A stretch of DNA of 64,000 bases from Arcobacteraceae bacterium (GTDB lineage: Bacteria > Campylobacterota > Campylobacteria > Campylobacterales > Arcobacteraceae). Positions 30,940-41,417 of the stretch are shown here, in pieces. Positions within the stretch are counted from its first letter, which is position 1; each line of letters opens with the position of its first letter. A program made the translations under genes and the position numbers. The notes under the pieces are model-generated. The model was not told the DNA's origin. It worked only from the letters and a program-made list of their open reading frames with translations, and did no database searches. Location: positions 416,001-480,000 of the forward strand of contig CBDCZH010000010.1 of NCBI GenBank assembly GCA_965224485.1. Direction: 5' to 3'.

Positions 30940-32074
30940 TAAAAACTTCTTTAAATTTATTTTCTTTATATTCAAAAATATATGTTTTATTTAATAATTG
31001 AGTATTTTTATATTGTGTTTCTAAATTACCTAATTGATTCTTATCCAGAGTTTTTAACTTATTTAAAAAACTACTTCTTGTTATTGCACCTTTTATATTT
31101 TTTAAAGCATTTACAAGAGATTTTGCACTTAAAAAAGACTCTAGTGAGATAAAACCTAAGGCTTGTTTGGGATAATATTTTTTCATTAATTTAGCATACT
31201 CTCTTACAACTACTAAGTTATTATTAGTATAAGAAGGTACAACTTGAGAAAATAAAACATTTTTAGTTTTAAAATTTAACTCTTTTATCATTTCATTTGC
31301 ATCACCAAATGAAATATTACAAAAAATAGTATTTTTAAATTCTTTAAATTTTTTAGCTTTTTTAATAAATAAGGCATTTGCTTTATATGCTCCTACCATT
31401 ATAACTGCCTGAGGTTTTGATTCTTTTATTTCTAATAATGCATGTCTAATTGCTAAAGTATTTCTTTTATATGTTCCTTCACCAACAAGATTTAATTTTT
31501 TTCTTTTTAGAGATTTTAGTAAAGAGACATAACCTTCTTCCCCATAATCATCATTTTGATAAAAAATAGCAAAATTATATACTCTTTTTGTTTTATATAA
31601 ATAAGTGACAACAGTATTAATCTCTTCTTGATAAGAAGATCTAAAATTTATTATATTTTTTCTCTCTTTTGCTCTTAAAAATGAAGCTCCCGTAAAAGCA
31701 GATATAAATGGAATTTGGCTTTCATCAATAATAGGTAGAATATTTTTAACAGTAGGTGTTCCTACAAAACCAAACAGTGCAAAAACCTTATCATCATTTA
31801 CTAAGGTATTTAAGTTCTCTAAGGTTAATTCTGGCTCATATTTATCATCATAACTTATTAGTTTTATCTTTCTGTCTTTTAATAGTTTTTGCTCATTTGC
31901 ATAAGAAAAATAAGAATTTGCACCTGCATAAACAGCCTTGCCCCAAGCTTGCATAATACCACTTTGTGGTAAAGAAGAACCAAATGTTATAGTTCTATTT
32001 GTATATATTTCATCTTTAAAATACAAATAAATAAGGCTCATACCTATAATAAGAATCATTAACTTTTTAAACAA
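30929..32074 (-). CDS. LivJ-like periplasmic binding protein, probable accessory sensor
   Basis: YDDKYEP, VFALFGFVGTPT, FRSSYQEE, IFYQNDDYG; no transporter genes adjacent. Confidence 0.85.
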   Translation of the reverse strand: MFKKLMILIIGMSLIYLYFKDEIYTNRTITFGSSLPQSGIMQAWGKAVYAGANSYFSYANEQKLLKDRKIKLISYDDKYEPELTLENLNTLVNDDKVFALFGFVGTPTVKNILPIIDESQIPFISAFTGASFLRAKERKNIINFRSSYQEEINTVVTYLYKTKRVYNFAIFYQNDDYGEEGYVSLLKSLKRKKLNLVGEGTYKRNTLAIRHALLEIKESKPQAVIMVGAYKANALFIKKAKKFKEFKNTIFCNISFGDANEMIKELNFKTKNVLFSQVVPSYTNNNLVVVREYAKLMKKYYPKQALGFISLESFLSAKSLVNALKNIKGAITRSSFLNKLKTLDKNQLGNLETQYKNTQLLNKTYIFEYKENKFKEVFNAN

Positions 32075-32210
32075 AAAACTTCCTTTAATAAATAAATTAT
32101 ATCATTTTAAAGTAAAATCATTATTGTTCTGCTACAAAATAACACCTTAAATACTTTTGGTAAAGAATTTTTAACTATTTAATTTAATCTAAAGTTTAAA
32201 CTTTATAAAA

Positions 32211-32234
32211 TTAGGTAAATAATTTTTTACCTAA
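32211..32234. promoter_or_regulatory. Palindrome TTAGGTAAA-N6-TTTACCTAA; related copy at 34565-34588
   Basis: Perfect 9-bp arms just before the polyferredoxin start; TTAGGTAAA-TAAAAA-TTGACCAAT just before the TorD-like gene. Confidence 0.55.
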
Positions 32235-32245
32235 AGGCATATACC

Positions 32246-33949
32246 GTGCAAGAATTCATATATTACAATAAAAATGGCTTAGATTTCCCTCTTAGTGAAA
32301 ACATAATGGTTACTAACAATTTAACATCAAACCTAGATTCTGATTATATAGTTTCAAATACTAACTCTTTAAGTGCTGAATTAATAGCAAATGAAATAGA
32401 TTTCTACATAAATAACTCAAAAGATTCAATTGCTTTAAAAATTAAAAATATAGAAAAACTTTATGAAGCAAATGCTATTAGATTTGATTTAGCACAAGAT
32501 ATTGGGTATTCACAAGATGTATCAAATAAAGTTTTATTAGTTTGTTCAAATGAGCAAAAAATAGAATTTTTAAAAGCAACTGTTCCAAATGAGTTTGATC
32601 TTTTTCAAGTAAATGAAAATATTATAAATAAAATAGAAGGTCATATTGGTAATTTAAGTGTTACTGTTGATGATGAAGGAAAAGAAGTATCTTTAAACGT
32701 TGATCAAATTATTTGGTATGATCAAAAAGAAATTGCCTGTAAACAAAGTGGTTCTTTTGACCCACTGGAGAGCTCTTTAGATGAAGTTCTTGCTCAAATT
32801 AGATCTAATATAACAAATTATGAGTATAAAAAGTTTACAACATATGATAAAACTATTTGCCAGTACAATGAAAGACGAGAAGAAGTTTGTTCAAAATGTG
32901 AAGAAGTATGTCCTACTGTTGCTATTACCAAAGATGATGAAACAAAAACTTTAGGTTTTTCTCAAATTGATTGTCATGGTTGTGGAGGTTGTATTTCTGT
33001 TTGTCCTTCTGGGGCAATTGAATATGCTCCAAGTGGTAGGGACTCTATTTATGAAATGGCAAAGTTTTATAAAGGGCATATTCCTTTAGTTATTCCTCTT
33101 AAAATGAATGTACAAAATATGAATACCAAACTTAAGCAGGGCGTTTTACCTTTTGCTATTGAAGGTGAAAAGTTTTTACATGAAGGTACTTTCTTAACAC
33201 TCTTACAAGAATCAGGTTCTCAAGTTGTTTTTTATACAGACTTCTTATCAAAAGGTTCACGTGATGCTATTTCTATTTTAAACCAAGTATATGCAAAAAA
33301 ATATAATAAAAAAGCTATTTTACTAGCAATGAATGAAGAAGAGTTAGAGGCTGCTTTAGCAGAAGCCTCATTAATTGAAGGTTCATATTTTACTTTCCAT
33401 GAAGATGAGAGTAGAAAAAGAGAGATTTTTGCTATAAGATTATCAAATATTGTACAACAAGATGATTTAGGTGTAGTTACAACAGGAGAGCATGTTCATT
33501 ATGCAAGAGTAAAAGTTGATGAATCAAATTGTACTTTATGTTTAGCTTGTGTTGGGGCTTGTAATGTAAATGCTTTATTTGCAGATACTAGTGATAATAC
33601 TTTACGATTAAATGCTTCTTTATGTACTTCTTGTGGTTATTGTGAAATGAGCTGTCCTGAGGAGGATTGTCTTACTTTAGAGCGAGATATAATTGAGTTA
33701 AAACCTTCTTGGTTTAAAGAAGAGATTTTAGCACAAGATAAACTATTTGCTTGTGTTGAATGTGGTAAAGAATTTGCAACTACAAAAGCAATTGAAAAGA
33801 TTGCAGCTATTATGGCTCCACTGTTTAAATCAGATCCTATTAAAGAGAGAACTTTATACTGTTGTGAGTCTTGTAAACCAAAAATTATGATGCAATCATA
33901 TATGAAAAATCCAGAACCTTATAATAATAAAGAAGGAATTAGCTTGTAA
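32246..33949 (+). CDS. Polyferredoxin / 4Fe-4S protein of the FDH locus
   Basis: Multiple CxxCxxCxxxC(P) motifs plus CxxC...CxxC near the C-terminus; GTG start. Confidence 0.9.
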   Translation: MQEFIYYNKNGLDFPLSENIMVTNNLTSNLDSDYIVSNTNSLSAELIANEIDFYINNSKDSIALKIKNIEKLYEANAIRFDLAQDIGYSQDVSNKVLLVCSNEQKIEFLKATVPNEFDLFQVNENIINKIEGHIGNLSVTVDDEGKEVSLNVDQIIWYDQKEIACKQSGSFDPLESSLDEVLAQIRSNITNYEYKKFTTYDKTICQYNERREEVCSKCEEVCPTVAITKDDETKTLGFSQIDCHGCGGCISVCPSGAIEYAPSGRDSIYEMAKFYKGHIPLVIPLKMNVQNMNTKLKQGVLPFAIEGEKFLHEGTFLTLLQESGSQVVFYTDFLSKGSRDAISILNQVYAKKYNKKAILLAMNEEELEAALAEASLIEGSYFTFHEDESRKREIFAIRLSNIVQQDDLGVVTTGEHVHYARVKVDESNCTLCLACVGACNVNALFADTSDNTLRLNASLCTSCGYCEMSCPEEDCLTLERDIIELKPSWFKEEILAQDKLFACVECGKEFATTKAIEKIAAIMAPLFKSDPIKERTLYCCESCKPKIMMQSYMKNPEPYNNKEGISL

Positions 33950-33961
33950 TAATAGCTATTT

Positions 33962-33994
33962 AACTTTGCCATCTTTTTTTTATGATGGTAAAGT
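33962..33994. terminator. Hairpin after polyferredoxin
   Basis: AACTTTGCCATC...GATGGTAAAGTT. Confidence 0.55.
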
Positions 33995-34357
33995 TCTTAT
34001 GGTTGATGGTTTATAAGTTGATAGTTGATATGTTAAAATTTTAATTATTACCTTTTTCTATGTCTATATTTTCTCTTTTTCTTCTTCAGATTTTCCTATA
34101 TTTATACTTTACATTTTTACATATATTTGCACTTTTAATATACTTTATACTAGCCTTATTTTAGGTGTAACTTAAAAGTTTTTATATTATTTTTATAAAA
34201 ATATGAAAGAAGCTAAAAAAGTGAAAAAAAAAGTAAAAATAGATAGATTTTTTTTTACTTTTTCTTATTATTTTTTCAAAACTTTTGAAATTTGATAGAT
34301 TTAAACTTTATTCTTCTTTATATTAAAATAAAAGTTTTTTAATTTAATATTTCTTTT

Positions 34358-34378
34358 AATATGCACAATTTGCATATT
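34358..34378. promoter_or_regulatory. Candidate operator AATATGCA-N5-TGCATATT, copy 1 (upstream of torD-like/fdh operon)
   Basis: AATATGCA CAATT TGCATATT. Confidence 0.8.
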
Positions 34379-34602
34379 ATGCAATTGTGCTAAATAAGGG
34401 AAAGCTGAAATTTTTAGACTAAGTTATAAAAAAAGTTTAAAAAGGAAAAATATTTTTTACTATAAATATAAGTGTTTCTTTTCTGCCAAATTATGGGTAT
34501 AAAGTACTATGAAAAGGCTATAGAACTTAGCTTTAAGGATTATTTAAACTAGATAAATTTACAATTAGGTAAATAAAAATTGACCAATAATAAGGAATAA
34601 AT

Positions 34603-35373
34603 ATGAAAAATAATAATATTGATAAAGCAAGAGCCTTATATTATTCAATGTTTTCAAGATTTTTTGTTTTTTCTTCAGACAATACTAGATATTTAGAACT
34701 AATAGAATTAATTAATACTTTAAAGAAGAATCCTTTAGATACAAGCACTAATAAAGCTTTTGATGAACTAAGTAAGGCTTTAGATATAAGCTCAAACGTA
34801 CCTTTAATGTTAGAGTTTGATGATATCTTCCATTCACCTGAAACTTCTACAGTTAGAACTACTGCTTCTTATTATGATGAAGATATCGAATCAGGTAAAA
34901 AAAGAGTAGAGATGCAAAATTTTCTAGCAAAAACAAAAATCAGAAGAGATGAAAAAAAATATAGTGATTATGAAGATCATATTGGTTTTATATTTACTGT
35001 TTTAGGAGAACTAGCTAGTTTATTAGGAGAAGGTGAAGTTATTTATAAAAACACCTCTCACTGTATTTTTGAACAAATTTTAAATGATTTTGTAGATGAA
35101 TTTTCAAGAGAAATATATGAACATGAAAGTGCAAAAATTTATAAAAATGTAATTGTTTTATTAAAAGCATTTATAAGTTTTGAGAGAATTTACTTAGAAG
35201 TTTCAATTCCTAAAATAAAGCAAAAACCTGTAAAAAGAGTTTATCAAGAAGAATTATCTGATATTGAAATTGAAAGAAGAAAAAGAAACAAAGCTTTAAG
35301 AGCAAAGGGTCCTAAAAAAGATGACGATGATGAAAAAGTTTTTGTAACTTATGATGTGGAAGACGATATCTAA
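34603..35373 (+). CDS. TorD/DmsD family molybdoenzyme chaperone
   Basis: RALYYSMFSRFF, TASYY, EDHIGFIF; directly upstream of the fdh genes. Confidence 0.88.
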   Translation: MKNNNIDKARALYYSMFSRFFVFSSDNTRYLELIELINTLKKNPLDTSTNKAFDELSKALDISSNVPLMLEFDDIFHSPETSTVRTTASYYDEDIESGKKRVEMQNFLAKTKIRRDEKKYSDYEDHIGFIFTVLGELASLLGEGEVIYKNTSHCIFEQILNDFVDEFSREIYEHESAKIYKNVIVLLKAFISFERIYLEVSIPKIKQKPVKRVYQEELSDIEIERRKRNKALRAKGPKKDDDDEKVFVTYDVEDDI

Positions 35374-35466
35374 ATAGATTTTATGCTACTGAAGTAAGTT
35401 AAAAAAAATTTAATTTATTTCAGTAGCATAATATATGTTATGTTTCTGAATACAAAAGGATCAATA

Positions 35467-35676
35467 ATGCAAGAATCAAGAAGAGATTTTGCCAAAAAAG
35501 CTGCAATTGCTGTTGGTGTTACTGCTGTTGGTGCGACTGCATTAGCTGCAAATTCAAAAAATGCTTCATCTTATGAGGCTGATTCACATGGTGTTGTTAT
35601 AGGGAACTCTAATAAAAAAGAGATTCTTTATAAAAAGACTAAAGCTTGGGAAGATTTTTACAAGCAAGCTTTATAA
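35467..35676 (+). CDS. Small Tat-signal protein preceding fdhA
   Basis: AAAGGA RBS, MQESRRDFAKK, C-terminal ILYKKTKAWEDFY. Confidence 0.82.
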   Translation: MQESRRDFAKKAAIAVGVTAVGATALAANSKNASSYEADSHGVVIGNSNKKEILYKKTKAWEDFYKQAL

Positions 35677-35701
35677 AACAAACAAAGTTAAGGAGTAGAA
35701 T

Positions 35702-38539
35702 ATGTCAACTAGTACATATGATGCACTAAAAGCAAAAGTTGGTAGAAGATCATTTTTAAAAATGGCTGCTATTGCTACTGCTGCTGGTGCTGTAAATGCT
35801 TTAGCTAATGATAATGATGGTGTTACAAGAGCTGCATCAGAAGAAGAGATTAAAAATCCTTTTCCTGGTTCAACGAAGGTAAAAACTATCTGTAATGCCT
35901 GTTCTGTAGGGTGTGGTATTATTGCTGAAGTTCAAAATGGTGTTTGGGTAAGACAAGAAGTTGCTCAAGATCATCCGATCTCACTAGGAGGTCACTGTTG
36001 CAAGGGTGCTGATATGATTGATATGGTTCGATCAGAAGTTAGATTAAAGCACCCAATGGTTAAAACAGCTGGAAAGTGGAAAAGAATCTCTTGGGATGAA
36101 GCACTTGACAGAATTGCTGATAAATTAAAGAAAGCTCACGAAACTGTGGGTGCTGATTCAGCAATGTTTTTAGGCTCAGCTAAAATGAGCTCAGAGCAAG
36201 CATATTATTTTAGAAAATTTGCTGCTTTTTATGGAACGAATAATATAGATCACCAAGCTAGAATTTGACATAGTGCAACAGTCGCCGGTGTGGCGAATAC
36301 ATGGGGTTATGGCGCTATGACCAATTCTTTAGGAGATATACAAAACGCGAAAGCAATTATTATTTTTGGTGCAAATCCTGCGGTTAATCATCCAGTTGGA
36401 TTTGGACATTTCTTAAAAGCTAAGGAGAGAAACAATGCTAAAATCATTGTTGTTGATCCTGTTTTTTCTAAAACTGCTGCTAAAGCAGATCATTATTGTA
36501 GAATAAGACCAGGTACTGATATTCCATTTATGTATGGAATGTTACATCTTATTTTCAAAAATAATTGGCACAATGAGTCTTTTATTAATGATAGAGTTTA
36601 TGGTATGAGTGAAATTATGGAAGAAGCTAAAAAGTGGAATCCAAAAAAAGTTGAAGATGTAACAGGTATTCCTGCTTCTCAACTTATACAAATTACAAGA
36701 GTATATGCACAATCTACTCCTGGTACGTTAATTTGGGCTATGGGTTTAACTCAACATACAGTTGGAAGCTCAAATACTAGATTAGCTCCAATTTTACAAC
36801 TAGCTCTTGGAAACATGGGTGAAGAAGGTGGTGGAACTAATATTCTAAGAGGTCATGATAATGTTCAAGGTGCTACTGATATGTGTTGTTTATCACATAC
36901 ATTACCTGGATATTATGGTTTAAGTGATGGTTCTTGGAAATATTTTGCTAAGTCTTGGGGCGTTGATTATGAATGGTTAAAAGGACGATTTGCTGCTAAA
37001 GAGTGGATGAATAAAAAAGGTTTTACACTTTCTAGATGGTGGGCTGGAGTTTTAGATGGCAAAAACGGTAATGATAAAATTCATAACGGTGGAACTAATC
37101 TTAAAAACTTAATTGTAATGGGTAATGGTATTACTTCAATTGCACAGCAAGCTAAAGTAAAAGAAGGTTTAGACAACTTAGAAATGATAGTTTTAGTTGA
37201 TCCTTTTGTAAATGAAGCTGCTATATTAACTGATAAACAAGATGATGTGTTTATCTTACCAGCTGCTACTCAATTTGAAACATCAGGAACAGTTGTTGCA
37301 ACTAATAGAAGTGCACAATGGAGAACTAAAGTAGTTGAACCTATGTATGAGTCTAAAACTGATGAAAACATTATGTTTGAATTAGCAAAAAGATTAGGAT
37401 TCTATGACGAGTATACTCGTGGAATGTTAATAAGAGAAGATAAAAAAGAGTTTAAGTGGCCAGAAGATGCTTGTGATGAAATTGCTAGAATTATTAAAAC
37501 AATTGGATTAACAGGTTGGACAGCTAAGAGACTTAAAAAGCATACAGAAAATTGGCATATGTTTGACCAGATATCAGGTCGTGGATATGGCGAAATGAAG
37601 GGTGAGTATTATGGTTTACCTTGGCCTGTATGGACAGAAACACATGGTGGTTCACCAGTTTTATATAATATAAACAGATCTGTAAAAGATGGTGGAATGG
37701 GATTTAGAAATAGATTCGGATTAGAACATGAGGGTGTTGATTTATTAGCAGGAAAAGGAAGTGCTCCTAAAAACTCAGCTAATAAAGATGGTTATGCAGA
37801 AATTACAAGAGATAATATCGAAGAAGTTTTAGGTATTAAATTAAGTGATGATGAGAAAAAGAGAATTGGTAAAAACTGGAAAGTTGATACTTCTAATATC
37901 ATAGCTGAAAAATGTATGGAAGCTGGAATAGCTCCTTATGGAAATGCGAAAGCAAGAGCAGTAGTTTGGACTTTCCCAGATGCTATTCCACTTCATAGAG
38001 AACCATTACATTCACCAAGACAAGATTTAGTTAAACAATATCCTTCTTATGCGGATAAAGGGAATCATTATAGAGTAGATACTCAATATGCTTCTAAGCA
38101 AAATGAGAAAGATTGGTCAAAAGAGTTCCCTATTAACCTAGTTACTGGAAGATTAGTTAATATGAACGGTGCAGGAATGGAAAATAGAGCAAGTAAATAT
38201 TTAGCTGCTTTAAGTCCTGAAATGTTCTGTCAAATTCATCCAGATTTAGCAGGAAGACATGGAATAAGAGATGGGTCTATGATGTGGATTCATTCCCCAG
38301 AAGGTACTAAGATTAAAGTTAAAGCTAAGTACACTCATTCAGTTAGTGAAGATAGAATTTGGATGCCATTTCATTTTGCTGGTCATTTCCAAGGTAAAGA
38401 TTTATCTCATAAATATCCAAGCGGTACAAAACCTTATGCTGTTGGGGAAAGTGCTAATACTGTTACTAACTATGGTTATGACATTATTACACAAATTCCT
38501 GAGACTAAAGGTGGATTATGCCGAATAGAATATGCGTAG
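35702..38539 (+). CDS. fdhA: Formate dehydrogenase alpha subunit, selenocysteine-containing (TGA at 36266-36268; 945 aa)
   Basis: Tat signal GRRSFLK; CxxCxxxC...C Fe-S motif; DHQARI-U-HSATV joins ORFs 35702..36268 and 36290..38539 in one frame; LRGHDNVQGATD. Confidence 0.96.
36282..36296 (+). promoter_or_regulatory. Candidate SECIS hairpin of fdhA
   Basis: UCGCC-GGUGU-GGCGA; G-initiated loop 18 nt after the UGA. Confidence 0.75.
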
Positions 38540-38548
38540 GAGTTGGTG

Positions 38549-39163
38549 ATGAGTGAAAATGCAAGATTAAAATTTTATTGTGATGAGCAAAGATGTATTG
38601 CCTGTGATGGTTGTTCAGTAGCTTGTGCCGAAGCGCACGAGTTACCAGCTGGTATTAACAGACGTAAAGTTATTACTATGAACGAAGGAATAGAGGGGTT
38701 AGAATACTCTTTATCTATTGCTTGTATGCATTGTACTGACGCTCCTTGTGAGCAAGTATGTCCTGTTGACTGTTTTTACATTAGAGAAGATGGAATAGTT
38801 CTACATGATAAAGATAAATGTATAGGTTGTGCATATTGTTTATATGCTTGTCCTTTTGGGGCTCCTCAGTTCCCTCAAGATGGTGCTTTTGGAACAAAAG
38901 GTGCTATGGATAAGTGTACTATGTGTGCTGGTGGTCCTGAAGAAACTAACTCTCATGAAGAGAGAGAGAAATATGGACAAAATAGAATCTCTGAGGGAAA
39001 AGTTCCTGTTTGTGCTGCTATGTGTTCTACTAAAGCACTTCTTGTTGGTGATTCTCAAGAAATATCTAAAGTATATAGACAAAGAGTATTATCAGTTGGT
39101 CATGGAGTTAAATCTCAACCTTATGGCTGGAGCACAGCTTATGGATCTGGATCTAAAATATAA
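38549..39163 (+). CDS. fdhB: Formate dehydrogenase iron-sulfur (beta) subunit
   Basis: Four Cys clusters (CIACDGCSVAC, CMHCTDAPCEQVCP, CIGCAYCLYACP, KCTMC...PVCAAMC); AGGAG RBS. Confidence 0.94.
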   Translation: MSENARLKFYCDEQRCIACDGCSVACAEAHELPAGINRRKVITMNEGIEGLEYSLSIACMHCTDAPCEQVCPVDCFYIREDGIVLHDKDKCIGCAYCLYACPFGAPQFPQDGAFGTKGAMDKCTMCAGGPEETNSHEEREKYGQNRISEGKVPVCAAMCSTKALLVGDSQEISKVYRQRVLSVGHGVKSQPYGWSTAYGSGSKI

Positions 39164-39171
39164 GGATGATT

Positions 39172-40071
39172 ATGAAAAAAATATATATCATTCTTTCTTT
39201 ATTAATACTACCAGTATTAGCTCTTGGAGCTAATGCTGATAGTGCTATATGGGGTAAAGAATTAATTCCAAATATTTTGGGATATGATCAAAAAGGTTCA
39301 TTACACTTAGGTGCACTATTTACACTATTGCAAAGTACTTATTTTAAACCACTGTTTTTTGGTGTTTTATTTGGTATTCCAGCTGTGTTTTTATTGCATT
39401 ATATTGTAATTGGACCTATGATTTTTTCTCATGATAGAAAAAAGATTTATGTTTTTACTTTATTTAATAGAATAATACACTCTATTGCTGGAGTTGCTTT
39501 TATTATACTAATTCCAACAGGATTAGTTATGATGTTTGGTTCATTTTTTGGTGGTGGTGAGTTTGTAAGATTTTGTAAAGAAATACATGCAATCACAACA
39601 CTGTTATTTATAGTATCAATTGTACCTATGTTTTTTATGTGGGTTAGATGGATGATTATTCATTGGGACGATTTCAAATGGATGATGATTTTAGGTGGAT
39701 ATTTAAATAAAGATAAAAAACCAGTTCCAGCAGGAAAGTTTAATGCTGGTCAAAAAATGTGGTTTTGGTTAGCAACTTTAGGTGGATTTATTATGATAGC
39801 AAGTGGAGCTGCTATGTATTTTCAAGACTTTAAACTTGACATTATAACTTCTTGGGGTTTAAGTCAAATTGATTTCTTAAGAGCAAGTTCTATAGTTCAT
39901 AATATCTTAGGATTAGGTGTTTTAGCACTATTTTTAACTCATGTTTATATGTCTGTATTTGCAATTAAAGGTGCAATTCACAGTATTATAACTGGATACA
40001 AAGAAGAAGAAGAAGTTGAAATACTTCATAGTTCTTTTTATAAAAAGTTAAAAGATGAGAATAAAATCTAA
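39172..40071 (+). CDS. fdhC: Formate dehydrogenase cytochrome b (gamma) subunit
   Basis: RIIH, AGKFNAGQKMWFW, conserved His residues in TM helices. Confidence 0.93.
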   Translation: MKKIYIILSLLILPVLALGANADSAIWGKELIPNILGYDQKGSLHLGALFTLLQSTYFKPLFFGVLFGIPAVFLLHYIVIGPMIFSHDRKKIYVFTLFNRIIHSIAGVAFIILIPTGLVMMFGSFFGGGEFVRFCKEIHAITTLLFIVSIVPMFFMWVRWMIIHWDDFKWMMILGGYLNKDKKPVPAGKFNAGQKMWFWLATLGGFIMIASGAAMYFQDFKLDIITSWGLSQIDFLRASSIVHNILGLGVLALFLTHVYMSVFAIKGAIHSIITGYKEEEEVEILHSSFYKKLKDENKI

Positions 40072-40101
40072 AAATAACTCTCTTTTTTAAGAGAGTTATT
40101 T
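40072..40101 (+). terminator. Intrinsic terminator after fdhC
   Basis: AAATAACTCTCTT...AAGAGAGTTATTT followed by a T run. Confidence 0.7.
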
Positions 40102-40113
40102 TTTATATTATAA

Positions 40114-40134
40114 AATATGCAATTTTTGCATATT
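40114..40134. promoter_or_regulatory. Candidate operator AATATGCA-N5-TGCATATT, copy 2 (upstream of fdhD)
   Basis: AATATGCA ATTTT TGCATATT, plus an extra half-site ATATGCAA at ~40149. Confidence 0.8.
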
Positions 40135-40205
40135 ATTTAAGTGAAATGATATGCAAAGAATATATAATAAAGAAAAAGAAATAATAATATTATTTAAGGT
40201 TAATA

Positions 40206-40997
40206 ATGGGTAATGAAAAATATTTAAAAAAAATTATAATTGATAAAGTGATAAATGGAGAATTAGTAGAAAAAGAAGATGTTGTAATTGATGAATCAAG
40301 AATAAATATTTTTTTAAATGGTGCTAAAACTATTTCAATGATGTGTATTCCAAAAGATCAAGATGCACATGCTATTGGTTTTTTAATGAGTGAAAATGTA
40401 ATTTCAAGTATTGATGATATTGAAAATATAAGTATTAAAAATGAAGGTTTAGATGTTTATATTAATGCTAATATAAATGAAAAATCTTTAAAAAACTTAT
40501 ATAAAGAAAAAACTTTAACTTCTGGTTGTGGAGGAGGGGTTACTGGAAATATTCCGGGATCTGTGCAAGTTCCTTTTAACCAAGTATCTATGAGGATAGC
40601 TCCAAGCCTTATTTCTAGTGAGGTTAAAAAATTTTATGATGATAGTGAACTATATTTATTAACAGGTTGTGTACATAAAGCAAGTATTTTCTTAGAAAAT
40701 GGAACAACTGTTAGTGCTGAAGATATAGGAAGACATAATGCTATTGATAAAGTAATTGGAAAATGCAAACTAGCAAAACTAGATACTAAGAAATCAGTTT
40801 TATTTGTATCTGGACGTTTAAGCTCTGAAATGGTTGTAAAAGCTGTTATGCATAAAATTCCTATAGTAGTTTCAAGAACAGCTCCCACACATTTAGGAGT
40901 AACAACTGCTAATACTCATGGTATTACTTTAATAGGTTTTGCAAGAGGTAAAAAAATGAATATTTATACACATAGTGGACGAATAGAAAATAGTTAA
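40206..40997 (+). CDS. fdhD: FDH accessory sulfurtransferase
   Basis: TSGCGGG, TGCVH, EDIGRHNAIDK, SGRLSSEMV, TLIGFAR. Confidence 0.95.
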   Translation: MGNEKYLKKIIIDKVINGELVEKEDVVIDESRINIFLNGAKTISMMCIPKDQDAHAIGFLMSENVISSIDDIENISIKNEGLDVYINANINEKSLKNLYKEKTLTSGCGGGVTGNIPGSVQVPFNQVSMRIAPSLISSEVKKFYDDSELYLLTGCVHKASIFLENGTTVSAEDIGRHNAIDKVIGKCKLAKLDTKKSVLFVSGRLSSEMVVKAVMHKIPIVVSRTAPTHLGVTTANTHGITLIGFARGKKMNIYTHSGRIENS

Positions 40998-41417
40998 ATG
41001 GGTAAATTACAAAACATCATTCATTTAGATGAAACACAAAAAAACTTTATTTTAACGAATTTAGATGATGATGGACGGCTTACTTGCTTAAAAGCATTTA
41101 AAGTAGCAAGATTAATTAACTTAAAACCTTTGCAGATGTCAGATGCTTGTAAAAGTATAAATGTTAAAATAACAAATTGTGAATTAGGTGTTTTTGGAAA
41201 ACTTACATTTAAAGAAGCTGAAACTGCTATTTATCACAAAATTGCTAAAAATTTTACACAAAACACTAAGGTTACTTGTAAGACCTTATGGTATCAAGCA
41301 CAAGAAAATACTTTAAAAAGAGTAGGTTCTACAGTTAAAAATTCTGACATTGAAGTTACATATTGTCAGTTAGGTTGTTTTAGAGAAGGAAAGGCTAAAC
41401 ATGGAAGCAAAAGTTAA
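40998..41417 (+). CDS. Cys-rich protein with an internally duplicated C...C(E/Q)LGxF domain
   Basis: Repeat 1 RLTC...KITNCELGVF; repeat 2 KVTC...EVTYCQLGCF. Confidence 0.8.
   Translation: MGKLQNIIHLDETQKNFILTNLDDDGRLTCLKAFKVARLINLKPLQMSDACKSINVKITNCELGVFGKLTFKEAETAIYHKIAKNFTQNTKVTCKTLWYQAQENTLKRVGSTVKNSDIEVTYCQLGCFREGKAKHGSKS

Noticed and set aside
33995..34350. Long intergenic stretch that might hide a small gene
   Set aside because: Only low-complexity A/T runs; no credible RBS plus ORF on either strand.
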